The position numbers and the translations under genes were made by a program. Source: Chlorokybus atmophyticus (Eukaryota > Plantae > Mesostigma and Chlorokybus algae). From it: a stretch of 64,000 nucleotides of DNA. Shown here piece by piece: positions 1-17,069 of this stretch. Where the stretch lies: assembly GCA_009103225.1 (NCBI GenBank), contig RHPI01000385.1, forward strand, positions 311,898 to 375,897. Direction: 5' to 3'. Under the pieces are notes generated by a model. That model had not been told where the DNA came from, made no database searches, and saw only the letters and a list, made by a program, of their open reading frames with translations. The first letter of the stretch is position 1; each line of letters opens with the position of its first letter.

Positions 1-857
1 TAAATTGCGATCCGCATGCAGTAGCTGAGCTAAGGCTTGCTTGAATGATGTTCTAGTGGTTATTTGCCACCACTACTTACAATGCAACCCACACTGCAAG
101 ATTAAATGTTGACGGTGCGACATTGCAGCACTTGTGCCATGGTGTTATGCAAGGTGGTCCTGCTGAGTGAAAGGGATGTTCTGCAATGTTCTTGGGCTTT
201 GTTAGTATGCAAGTGCAAGTTCAACAATACATGAGTTGACTAGTTCGTGTGGATGTTTCAATGCCTTGAAAAATAGGCATTAAGCATAGCAAACATCGTT
301 AAACCAATGAATAATGATTATACAAGAATAATGATCATGCACTCCAAAGTGATTGCACAACCCACGTACCAGGATTGCTTAGCTATCCGCAATCTAATGG
401 TATTACAGCAACAGCAACTTTAACAGCGGGTTCAACCAACTTGTCACCAAGCACCTCCATGACCATGCGCACGTGTTGGCCAAGATGTCCCCTCTCAGAG
501 TAGTCTAACAGTCGTGCTACACACCATTGCGGAGCTGTGTGTAGAGCTGAATGACCGCCAAGGCATTTTACTTCAAAGTATGCAGCTATCGGACAATGAT
601 AAACACTACGAGTAACGCAAGGCATAGTCATTCAGTCGACAAGGGCAATTTAAGCAGGTGTGCTAAAAACATTAGCTCTAAAATAATGGTCTTATCTAGA
701 GCATGGTTCTTTAAGTTTAATGTACATTCTGCTGCTGCACTTACTACAACAAAGTAAATAAACTCCATCAAGACGCCCGTATAACTCCCATTTCCTCTCA
801 CATGTAATCAACATCTTCCTCGCATCCATGTCCTACATAGTTTTGCCAAGTACACTT

Positions 858-1075
858 ATACCAACGAATGCTCATGCAAGCGAGAGGTGCGTACCTGTCT
901 AGCGCCATCCACACCGGTAGGATACCCCTGGGTGAGCTTGCATGTCGCACAAAGTTGTGCCCCGCATGTTTATGCCAACCAATGTTCATGTATGCGAGAA
1001 GCACGTACACGTTTAATGCCATCCATACCGTTAGGATACCCCAAACGAAGCTTGCGCTCCACTACATGACATTTG
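858..1075. repeat. Diverged 114-bp tandem duplication
   Basis: TATACCAACGAATGCTCATG...GCCATCCACACCGGTAGGATACCC recurs 114 bp later as TATGCCAACCAATGTTCATG...GCCATCCATACCGTTAGGATACCC. The + ORF 868-1089 shows AIHTxRIP twice. Confidence 0.6.
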
Positions 1076-2279
1076 CATGTGACTCCTAGTTGAACTAAAA
1101 GTTTGTTTGTGGTACAACACGAAATGTTGCAACAAGTTCAAGAGAAGTTAGCCTACAACAAGCGGTTCCCTCATCTTCATTGTCCAAGTTATTTAACGTA
1201 ATGACAGCCTCTTGATTGCTGCTTAGATTGCTAAGGGCAATGCGATAACATCGGCGGCACGTCGGCTTGAGCGGTGTCTATCAGCAAAAAAGGGAGCGCT
1301 TCCTTCGCCGGACCCTTGCTTTGAGCAACGTTATGCCTGGCTAGTCGACGTTACGTGTGAACCGGCTGCGTGAGACAATGTCGCTATTCAATCAGCTTGA
1401 AGAGCAGGCTCACTCGCTATTACTCTTTAGAGTAACAACAGCATGCTGCATGGAACGCCTAGTAACATCCCTGCGATTGCTTGCTATGTAGCGCGCTTAA
1501 GATGCTGAAACAATACAGCTTGCCAAAGCTGTTCATGCATATACACGAGAAAGCTTCACATAAGATGCTTGCTTCCTTGCGTGCACCTCCTCTCATGCGA
1601 AGACAAGCCCATGCATGCGAATGTGCGAATACTCATGAGAGGTTGTGGGATGTTCCTGACGTCTAAGCTTCAAGCCCGCACGTGCACTTAGCGCCATCTC
1701 CTTCAACGGAGGTACATGCTGACAAGCACAACCTTCACCGCCTCCTCGAGTTGCCGGACTCCTCCTCCAGCTCCGTCGCCTCCACCACCGCCGCTGCACG
1801 CATGCATGCTACAACTGCTGCTAGCCAACGCAGTTAGTCTGAGTGATGTTGAGAACCTAATTAACCAAGCTCTGGCTGGACGCTTTGCGGTCAGGTAACG
1901 GCATTGTCTAACCGCTAAGACAAAGTAAGCCCTAACCTCACCCAATGCATTCTACAGGGACATAAGCAGCATTAGCAACGTGGCAGCTGACTGTGGCCTC
2001 ATCGCCGCCGGTGTCGCCGACCTTGCTGCCGTTGTTGTCTCAGGCGGTAGTGGCGTTCGGCTGAGGAGCACGACAGGTTGCGTCACTGGGCTGGAATGCT
2101 GAGCGGGCATTGGGTGTAAGCGCAGAGCAGCAGGCAGGGTTGATAGGGTGACAGGGAGGACCAGCTGAGACAGCTGCGTGCTTGCCAGCTCGCTCTCTGC
2201 TTGGTTGCTGGCGTGATTGGCTTGGTAGTTTCTGGCATGCTAGTTGCGGCTAGTTGGTATCGAGCAGGGCTACGCAGCT

Positions 2280-5248
<2,969 letters not shown>

Positions 5249-5674
5249 TGACCACTTTACAGCTGGAGTGCCGCTGTTAATTGTAGCGTACATTCTTTTG
5301 CAGTTGGCGACTGGTTGTACACCTGTTGTCTAAATGTACAGTTGTTGAGGGGCAGGTCTAATGGGCTGTCCAACAGCATGTAACAGCTTATGTCTGACAT
5401 CGCATTGCTTTCATCGCAATGGTCCGACATGATAATGCTGAGTAGTCTGATATTGTCCTCAAATCAGCATACTGGGGCGCAATTGTATGAGACCATGCAT
5501 TCGATTGAATTGGCCTTGCGTATTGTTCTCACCCTCAATTAGAGTGCCACGCCTGGTATGTCATCCTCATGCCTCACAATTTGTGCACATGCAGCCTTAT
5601 CTGCCCTTGCTCTGCTTGGCGGCCTGCCTCAGTGGCACCCACAAGCACAGTGAGAGTCTGTGTGAATGCATCAC

Positions 5675-5730
5675 ACACGCGCACGCGCACGCGCATATAT
5701 ATATATATATGTGTATATCTATATACACAC
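5675..5730. repeat. Compound (CA)/(CG)/(AT) microsatellite
   Basis: cacacacgcgcacgcgcacgcgcatatatatatatatatgtgtatatctatatacacac seen directly. Confidence 0.85.
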
Positions 5731-6144
5731 AGCAGTGATCGTGGACACTCCTTGCTTCGATTCCCAGTGAAGCATAAGCGGTTGGTAGGCACTTGCTGGA
5801 GGTATGGCCGTGATGCACAAGCACAGCATAAGCGCTGCTGTTAGACAACCACCAGGTTTGTGCAGTGTGCGAGTATAACTTCAGAGAACAGTTTGTCAAA
5901 CCCAGGATTAGGCTTGCTTTGTAGGCTGCTGCAAACACACTAACTTACACAGCATTGTTACACCTTGCCATTGTAACGCTAAAGCAGCGTGGAGTGTACG
6001 ACGAGCAACAAAGGCGCTGACGGTGCACAGGCGCTTGCAGTGTGAGCATAGACACACATGATGCGTAGCTGGGCAGGGCTGAGCGGTGTGCATTCCAGGT
6101 GGCAAGGATCCTCAGCTTCTGGTTGTGGCGCTCGACTTGCCACC

Positions 6145-8964
<2,820 letters not shown>

Positions 8965-9766
8965 CAAAGAACCAAGACAACCACTGCCAGACACCATATT
9001 GTTGATGACGCAACTTAACGGGGGTTCTGCATCACAGTCACAACTTTTCCGAGTATCATGTACATAGTGTAAGTGTAGGGCATACATGTGGCCACTCGCA
9101 GTTGGCAACTTGCCATCTGCGCCTACTTGTTCAGGTGATGTGGTTGTGGGCTTGGTGGGGTTGGCTGTGGGAACTGCTGTGTACAGTGAATGCAAGTGAT
9201 CATGATACATGCAACATGCATGACACATGCCTTGTTCACCAAGCTCATCATCATGCAATGATGATTTACCACCGGGGTCTACCTATACTAGCCACACGTA
9301 ACTATTGTAACTACTGCCTTCAACCCCCATCAGACATACATGCACGCATTTGCTCATTACTTGTACACAAAAGGTGAGTGTGTGTACGGACGCGCTTCAC
9401 CATGGATGGCAGTGAGTGCTTGCCACTATGCATTGTGCATTGCATAGCACGACATACTCCAGGGGCTTGGGATAGCCCTCTTGCTTATTGCACGCAGAGC
9501 ATATGCACTAGCACTCCCTTATAATCTTATGTGCAGACAAGAGTGATCACATAGTGTGCAATTGTGTACATCACGTTGCTCTTAAGAATGCATGATAACA
9601 CGCAAATATATAATGTCGCCCGTGGCGTCAGCTATTAATTGATGTCACATTACACACAGCGACAGCAGCAAGGGAGTGCTGCAGCACATGCATGATATGC
9701 GTGACTGTGCATCGTGCATGCTACGGTGCAGCTGACGAAACCCTAAAATACGGCAGTGGCGACAGC

Positions 9767-11112
9767 TGTCACGAATTGGGATAAATTGTGACAGACCTCA
9801 CTCATGGTAGTGTCTTTTACTACCATAGCCTAGTGGTCGGGCCCCAATTGTTACAATGGTTTTGGAGCTTGACGTCTCAGGTTCAATTCCCGTAGGGGAC
9901 TGAGGCAGATCCAAGGCAAAAACAAAAATATTTGGGGCGGCTTGCCCTAGGCTGGGCGCGGGATCACGACCTGCGCGCCGAGCCAGTTCAACCTAAGGCC
10001 GCGTGAGCGGTCGCGCTGCGATGGCAGGTCGCGCGGTGAGGATGGCCGTTCGGTCGGTCAGGACCATTCGTTGGCCGGATCCAACAGGCCGCGGGCAGAC
10101 CGATTGTGGTACGGCCGCGAAAACGGCGACGTGGGCTAGTGCCTCATTGGATTATGAGGAACTCATGGGTTAAATTGGGGAGGAATGTCACGAATTGGGA
10201 TAAATTGTGACAGACCTCACTCATGGTAGTGTCTTTTACTACCATAGCCTAGTGGTCGGGCCCCAATTGTTACAATGGTTTCGGAGCTTGACGTCTCAGG
10301 TTCAATTCCCGTAGGGGACTGAGGCAGATCCAAGGCAAAAACAAAAACATTTGGGGCGGCTTGCCCTAGGCTGGGCGCGGGATCACGACCTGCGCGCCGA
10401 GCCAGTTCAACCTAAGGCCGCGTGAGCGGTCGCGCTGCGATGGCAGGTCGCGCGGTGAGGATGGCCGTTCGGTCGGTCAGGACCGTTCGTTGGCCGGATC
10501 CAACAGGCCGCGGGCAGACCGATTGTGGTACGGCCGCGAAAACGGCGACGTGGGCTAGTGCCTCATTGGATTATGAGGAACTCATGGGTTAAATTGGGGA
10601 GGAATGTCACGAATTGGGATAAATTGTGACAGACCTCACTCATGGTAGTGTCTTTTACTACCATAGCCTAGTGGTCGGGCCCCAATTGTTACAATGGTTT
10701 CGGAGCTTGACGTCTCAGGTTCAATTCCCGTAGGGGACTGAGGCAGATCCAAGGCAAAAACAAAAACATTTGGGGCGGCTTGCCCTAGGCTGGGCGCGGG
10801 ATCACGACCTGCGCGCCGAGCCAGTTCAACCTAAGGCCGCGTGAGCGGTCGCGCTGCGATGGCAGGTCGCGCGGTGAGGATGGCCGTTCGGTCGGTCAGG
10901 ACCGTTCGTTGGCCGGATCCAACAGGCCGCGGGCAGACCGATTGTGGTACGGCCGCGAAAACGGCGACGTGGGCTAGTGCCTCATTGGATTATGAGGAAC
11001 TCATGGGTTAAATTGGGGAGGAATGTCACGAATTGGGATAAATTGTGACAGACCTCACTCATGGTAGTGTCTTTTACTACCATAGCCTAGTGGTCGGGCC
11101 CCAATTGTTACA
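9767..11112 (+). mobile_element. Tandem-array TRIM (non-autonomous miniature LTR retrotransposon): 4 LTRs of 89 bp and 3 internal regions of 330 bp
   Basis: 419-bp period (starts 9767, 10186, 10605, 11024). LTR runs TGTCAC...GTTACA; PBS TGGTTTCGGAGC follows each of the first three LTRs (TGGTTTTGGAGC in unit 1); PPT GGGGAGGAA precedes each downstream LTR; identical 5-bp TSD ACAGC at 9762-9766 and 11113-11117; no coding capacity. Confidence 0.93.
10245..10309 (+). promoter_or_regulatory. tRNA-type (type 2) Pol III internal promoter in each TRIM unit (unit 2 given)
   Basis: A box TAGCCTAGTGG 10245-10255 (in LTR) and B box GGTTCAATTCC 10299-10309 (internal), 43 nt apart; TTTT at 10234-10237 immediately upstream. 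Confidence 0.7.
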
Positions 11113-11334
11113 ACAGCGGCTGCCATTGCTGAGCAAGGGTTGGGAAGGTGGCGGTGGCGGTGGCGGGAGGAGGAAGGGAGGAGGGCGTGGGAGTCCGCGA
11201 CGCTGCCGTTGCCGTCCTAGCCAGCAATTGCTAACCAAAGCCCTTGTGGGCAGGTACTGTTCTCTGCATGCTTGCTGTTTGTCTAACGGGGCGGGCTAGT
11301 ACTAGCATAGCATAGCGTAGGTAGCAATAGCCCG

Positions 11335-11899
11335 GTGGTGACTGTTATGTGAGTGGTGAAGGTTATTTTTCATGCATGTCACTCACATTGCCCGCACACC
11401 ATGCATGTTGCCACCGTACCATACCCTTAATATACACACCACGCCCTGGTTGGTCAGCTGGACCGTCCCATGCCAGAGGCAAGCCAGGTTAGCTCGACCT
11501 AATCAGGGAAGCGCCCGGCTACCCTATGCTACTTTGCATAGGGATACATGTAGTGTGGTGCATGCAAATGTTACTACATGTATGGTTGGAGTTTGCGTGC
11601 GATAGTGATAGAGGTGCTTGACTCGGAGCACCTTGCATGCTAGTTAGTACCCACCCCGTTAGCCATACAGGGCAGTGCATCGCCTACGCCAGCCACACAC
11701 CTCACCAGCTACGCGACGGGCATGCGGCGATCACTGCGACTCATGGCGAGCACAAGGGGAGCAGAGAAGTCTGCCCGTGTGGTGGTGCTGGAATACATGC
11801 TAGCCTAGTGGTGACTGTTATGTGAGTGGTGAAGGTTATTTTTCATGCATGTCACTCACATTGCCCGCACACCATGCATGTTGCCACCGTACCATACCC
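11335..11899. repeat. 92-bp direct repeat pair
   Basis: GTGGTGACTGTTATGTGAG...CCACCGTACCATACCC is present at 11335-11426 and 11808-11899. Confidence 0.9.
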
Positions 11900-12135
11900 A
11901 TTATATACGTTGCCATACTAGATAACCAGCTGTTGATTACACGAGCAATGAATTGTAGTTCATGATGCGCAGTTACCCAACGCTGCAGTAAGCATACTTT
12001 TCTTTTGTCCCTAATGAACGTCATCCATAAAAACCGCGAGGTTCGGCCGCTGAATCGTCCTACCAAACTGTAGCGTGTAGCGTTGCACAGAGCCCTGCGA
12101 GGGAGAGTCTCAACGCGTCACCAAAAACCCAAGGC

Positions 12136-13090
12136 ATGACGGGTGACGCTGGTGCAACAACGCGTCACGGTTGCGTCACGCACTTTGGCCGACAGCGACG
12201 GCGGCGGCCGGGGAGCATCTCAGCTGCTGCCACGTGGCGACCGAAGCTCCCCTACTTCATAGTAAGCACTCTCTTGTCGGTATCTCTCTTACATCGTGAT
12301 CCTATGCCTCTTGAACCTTCTCTGTGCAGTTGCCTGTTGACCAAGCGTGGTCTAGGTCACATACGGGTCAAGTGTTGATGCACTGATCTCTACAATACCA
12401 GCTACACAAAGTGCTGCTGTGTCTTCATGGCGTCTTGTTTGTCTTCGAGATTATGTGCTGCTGGCCAAGGTGTGTGCTGTTGGGACAACCCACAGAAGTC
12501 AAGCAAGCTTTTATTGTTCTGTCGTGTTTTGGACTCTCTTGCTTCTGCAAAGGTTACAGACCCGTGCAGTTGAGTAAAGAATTGAACTTGTGTCTTTGCT
12601 TGATTCAGATGGTCATCATGGATTACTATGAGCGTTGTAGTACTCAGCATATGCAGGTCAAGCTCATTCACGCAAACACAGGCCAGCACAGCTGAACGCA
12701 TAGCGTGTCCAGTCTCTGTGTAACCTAATGGCATGTGCTTGATTCAGTGTGTGACACAGCATGTGCTCATGCATGTATATGAACATCTCAGTGAAAGTTG
12801 CAGTCTCAGTCACGCAAACGGCCCCAATCATGCTGTCTGTCCTGAATATGTATGCATACTTGTGTCCAGTCTCTGTGTAACCTCATGGCATGTGCTTGAT
12901 TCAGTGTGTGACACAGCATATGCTCATGCATGTGCATGCACATCTCAGTGAGAGTTGCAGTCTCAGTCACGCAAACGGCCCCAATCATACAAACTTCACA
13001 TGCTGTCTGTCATGAACATGTATGCATACTTGTGTTGACGTGCATACAACTTGCTCCCTGCAGAGTGGCGCTGCCGCTGCCGAGCAGTAG
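12136..13090 (+). CDS. Hypothetical small spliced protein (~100 aa)
   Basis: Five putative exons join in frame through GT-AG introns (…WRPKLPYFI/LPVDQAWSRSHT/ATQSAAVSSWRLVCLRDYVLLAK/MVIMDYYERCSTQHMQ/SGAAAAEQ*). No family recognised. Confidence 0.35.
12705..13035. repeat. ~156-bp tandem duplication (intronic in the hypothetical gene)
   Basis: GTGTCCAGTCTCTGTGTAACC...GTATGCATACTTGTGT occurs twice in tandem. Confidence 0.85.
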
Positions 13091-13159
13091 TTCTTTTCTG
13101 GCAAATCAAGTGGGAATAAGCAACGTCAAGAGGGCGTAACTGGGTTCTCTTTTTGTCGT

Positions 13160-14574
13160 ATGGCGTCACGTTGGCTGGGATTGCGACAAAAGAGTGGCCC
13201 TAAAGAAGCGGACATCCCTTCATTGAAAGACGCGTGTTTGGAGGTGAGCTTGTTGTGTGTTGTTGTTTGTTTGCCTTTACGTTCGTGTGCGGTCATGCGC
13301 ATTACCTAAGATCATACCCTATACGCACTCCTATATTTGTGTGCGATGCATTGTCTATGGATGAGCTAATTGCCACAACCTACTGTGTGCAGGTTTTGAG
13401 GCAGAATGCCAGTTACTTGACCGATGTAGGCGACACTGATTCAGACCTGTTGACCGTAATCCTGACCGGCTGCGATGCTGACACGTTAGAGCGCGTGCAG
13501 CGGTCCACCACGGTTAGTAACATTTCACTCAAGTATGTGCTGAACACACTGGCTCTGTTCAGCTTCACTCACTGACTGCTTATCAACAATGTTTGGTTAT
13601 CATCACAGCACCGTGACTTATCCGCCGTGCTTGACCGTCCCTGGCGTGAAGCGTACCGGCTCGCGTGGGGCAAAGAGAGCGTGGCCGGGGTGGTGGCGCG
13701 GGCACAACAGCAAGGAGAGGCGAGCATTGACTGGAGGACAGAGTACAAAGTGAGTGTTAGTGGGAATACAGGGGAAGGGGTACATATGCGTGTCGGTGTG
13801 CGTGTGGGTGTAGACATGCGGTCGTGTGCGTGTGAGTGTGCGTGCGAGTGTCATTGGATGTGTGCTTGTGTAGATGCTGTTCATGTGCAGAGAAAAGACA
13901 AGGAGCAGAGGGAGAAGCAGGAGCGGTCGGCTGCGCGGTTGAGACAGCTTTACAGCGAGAAGCAGAACGGTGCGGATTGGGTTGGAGGGAGCCCTCATGC
14001 CTATTGTGAAGCAAACACACTCTGACAGTGATTCGTGTGCAGAGAGGAAGAACAAGCAGATAGTGGTTTGCAACAAGAACCCGCCCACATCAAAGCGCAG
14101 GCATTCTGGTGGTAAGCATGCCAGTCCCTACTTAGTCCCTTGCACACTTCATGTCTGGAAGCGTGCATGTTTGCTACCACATACGCGCACGCACACGCAC
14201 TAGTGTACATGTACGCATACACGCACGCGTGCGCTTACACGCACATGGCTGGCAGGTGGAAGTCACAGCGCGTCATCCAGAGACTGCGGCAGCGGCAAAG
14301 GCTTGAAGTTGAAGAAGCTGCGAGCAGAGTTTGCTTCAAGGTGCTCTTCGTGTCCTCTGTTCGTATACTCCTGCAATATGCATTGCCCTGTGTTTACACT
14401 CACATGCGCTTCTGGCTCTCCCTTTATCTGTTGCAATTGTTGCGATGCGTGTGCAGTCGAGAAGGCCAGCAGCTGCGCGCCATGCGAGCAACGAGTCCTG
14501 CGGTGCACAAGATTAGAACAACAGCATCAACATCAACACATAAGCCTTCCCCCAAGTTGAGGCTCATGAAGTAG
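13160..14574 (+). CDS. Elongin A-like protein (RNA Pol II transcription factor SIII subunit A, plant type)
   Basis: BC-box-like IPSLKDACLEVLRQNASYLTDVGD; RDLSAVLDRPW; IDWRTEYK; RLRQLYSEKQ; QIVVCNKNPPTSKRR; KLKKLRAEF. Exon phases are consistent through to TAG at 14574. Confidence 0.8.
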
Positions 14575-15863
14575 ATGGCCCTAGTTGAGCAGTTGATTGG
14601 TTGTGTATGGTGTGACATGTGATGTGTCAATTGACATGACTAGTCTTTACATTGTACCATAGTGATTGTGGTTGTCATAATAGATGTGACACATTGTTGA
14701 ACAGTCAAACTCAATCAGCCACAACTTTCAGCGTGGCTGTTGATAGACGGTAACAAGTTATGCCAGGCACAGTCGGACAGGATTACTAGGGCTGTGCAAC
14801 AACATTGTCAATAACATCAAGATGTCATTGCAAATGAGAAGTTCCCGTCGAACGCATGTGTGCATATGCGCACACATGAGTAGAGTTAGGGGGTGTATTT
14901 GAAGTTTTTCTTGCACTACTTATTGCTGTGGTGCCAAGTGAGTGTTGCATACGCTGCACATTATGTGCCATATACGATGTATACCCTATGCACGACATTA
15001 TGCACATGATCACTTGCATCTTCTGTACACATGCGCATGCGTGTGTCCTGCATTTTGTGTACAACAGGATACCCCTTTCGTATACGGTTGTGTCCGGCGC
15101 ACCTCGCCTTGTTAAATCGGCATGACCATGTATTATGCAGCTATCTTTGCACAATGTATGGTCACAATACATACACGACATACATGTGCAATGCATCATG
15201 ATGTTGCTCTACATGCGTTGAGGGAGATGTGTTGAATAGTGCATGTGGTTTGTTGCTAATATGATATAGATACACTTGGGGTGTATGTACAATCAATGCG
15301 GACGGGGAATGCCCATTCAGATCACACCACGCATGCAACACACTGTACAACACACTGTACCTACTTATACCAGAATCATGGTCTTCTATTTTTTGTACAT
15401 ACCATAACAACATCCATCTTTGCGCTCAGCGTACTGTAGCCAAGTTGTTGAGCACTACCTTGGGCCTTGTAGATGTGGCCTTCTTTTGTACATGTGCGTC
15501 GGATAGGTTATAACACCGAGGCAAGCAAAGCAAGCCTTGCTTTGCTTGCCGCAAGCAAATGGTATCATAAGACATGCATAGTACAAACGAACTTGACAAT
15601 TAGTATAGCAAAGCTAGCAAAACCATATACAATTTGGCCAGGGGGTGTAGCTGACAAGTGCTCAACTACTAGCCAGCTATGTAACCCACTGCACTTCGTG
15701 CTTGCGTGTGCGTGCGTGTATAGGTAGCAAGTCGAGGTGCATATTGGCATGTCTATTTCCAAGCTTGCTTGTAGAGCTCATATGTAAGTCATGTCATCAA
15801 TTGATAAAATGGCAATACTCATCTTGGAGAGAAATATGTAACCATAACAAATCAATTGATATT

Positions 15864-16818
15864 TGTAACGATACCACTCACTTACTTGCTGGGCGGCTTG
15901 GCAAACTTATGCACAAGCACAAGGACTTACTACCGGAAGCCCTACCAGCGTCACTGGTGCAGTACCTTGCAGAGGAAGTCACAGCACCGCACCAAGGAAG
16001 GAGAGGATGACACCAACCTCTCTACTCAGCTCCCACACACTCACACACTCAAGCACACCTCACACACATGTGCAAAGCTGCCACGGACATCACACCCCAC
16101 ATGGGATGAGAGGGAGAGCCCCTTGAACAACTAAACTAGGCACCCCACACACAAGAGTCGAGTATGCACATGCTGAGCTGCCTTAACACATGTTGAGGCC
16201 GTTCCTATACCCTCTCTTTGCTGCTCTCCGACCTAGAACATCCAAGTCCAAGGCTGCATGCCTTGTCATGGCTGCGTTGACCACAACTCATGTCTAGGGC
16301 TGCCACATCAGCCCTTGGACCTCTTTCAACGCCCAAGACTGATCACACATCAGCCTCGGACATTGTAAACGTCCCTAGGCTGGTCACATCAGCCTAGGAC
16401 ATCATACTCATGCATACATATGCATCCTTATGCATACATATGCGCATATGCACACATATGCGCATGCATGCATGTACATGCATACATCTAGTACATACCT
16501 CTCATGCACGCATATGCACTCATATGCGTACATGTGCACACATATGCAAACACATGCATACACATGCGGACATATGCACACATATGTCTCTGTACATCAT
16601 ATGATGTCTCATCGGCTATGATCAGCCCTGTGCTTGCCATCATGCCTTGTGTAGTTCATCATGCTCAAGGCCGCACAGGCTCTAGAGCAGACCTACATGA
16701 GAGCACACCCACAAGCACTACACACGCTTGCGTAGTGTGGGTCCCCACTTGGTCTCATCTTACTTACCACATAAGTAAGGGACAGAGAATGACTTTTGCC
16801 TGCCCTGTGGGCGTGACA
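15864..16818 (-). repeat. 3' LTR of outer element (955 bp)
   Basis: Near-identical to 28844-29864; contains CACATCAGCC subrepeats and a CATATG-rich low-complexity tract. Confidence 0.93.
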
Positions 16819-17069
16819 TTCCTCCCCACTTGCATTGCAACGACCGCGTTGCAAAAGGTGGGACACTAGTCCCGCACAAACCGCAGCCAGGCTGGCCAGG
16901 CCTAACTGAGTGGCAGTGCTTCACGTGAAAGTAGTGCAAGTCGTGGGAGTGACAACCAACTCTGATACTGTGTACCAGTGCATGCGGTGTTGGTATGTCA
17001 CATGAAGATGCTGTGGGCATGTGCACATGCTCCTACAGGTTGAGCACTAGTAGCTCTGAGCACACGCTC

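Noticed and set aside
1200-2200. Possible ncRNA or minus-strand gene divergent from spastin
   Set aside because: No snRNA, SRP or snoRNA motifs were recognised, and no consistent exon chain could be built.
9767-11112. CRISPR array, 5S rDNA array or tRNA gene array
   Set aside because: There are no unique spacers and no 5S similarity. The A/B-box region does not fold into a cloverleaf (T-stem has 2 mismatches, no acceptor stem). LTR, PBS, PPT and TSD explain the structure.
16410-16621. His/Met-rich ORFs (also 29416-29690)
   Set aside because: Translation of the CATATG low-complexity tract inside the outer LTRs.
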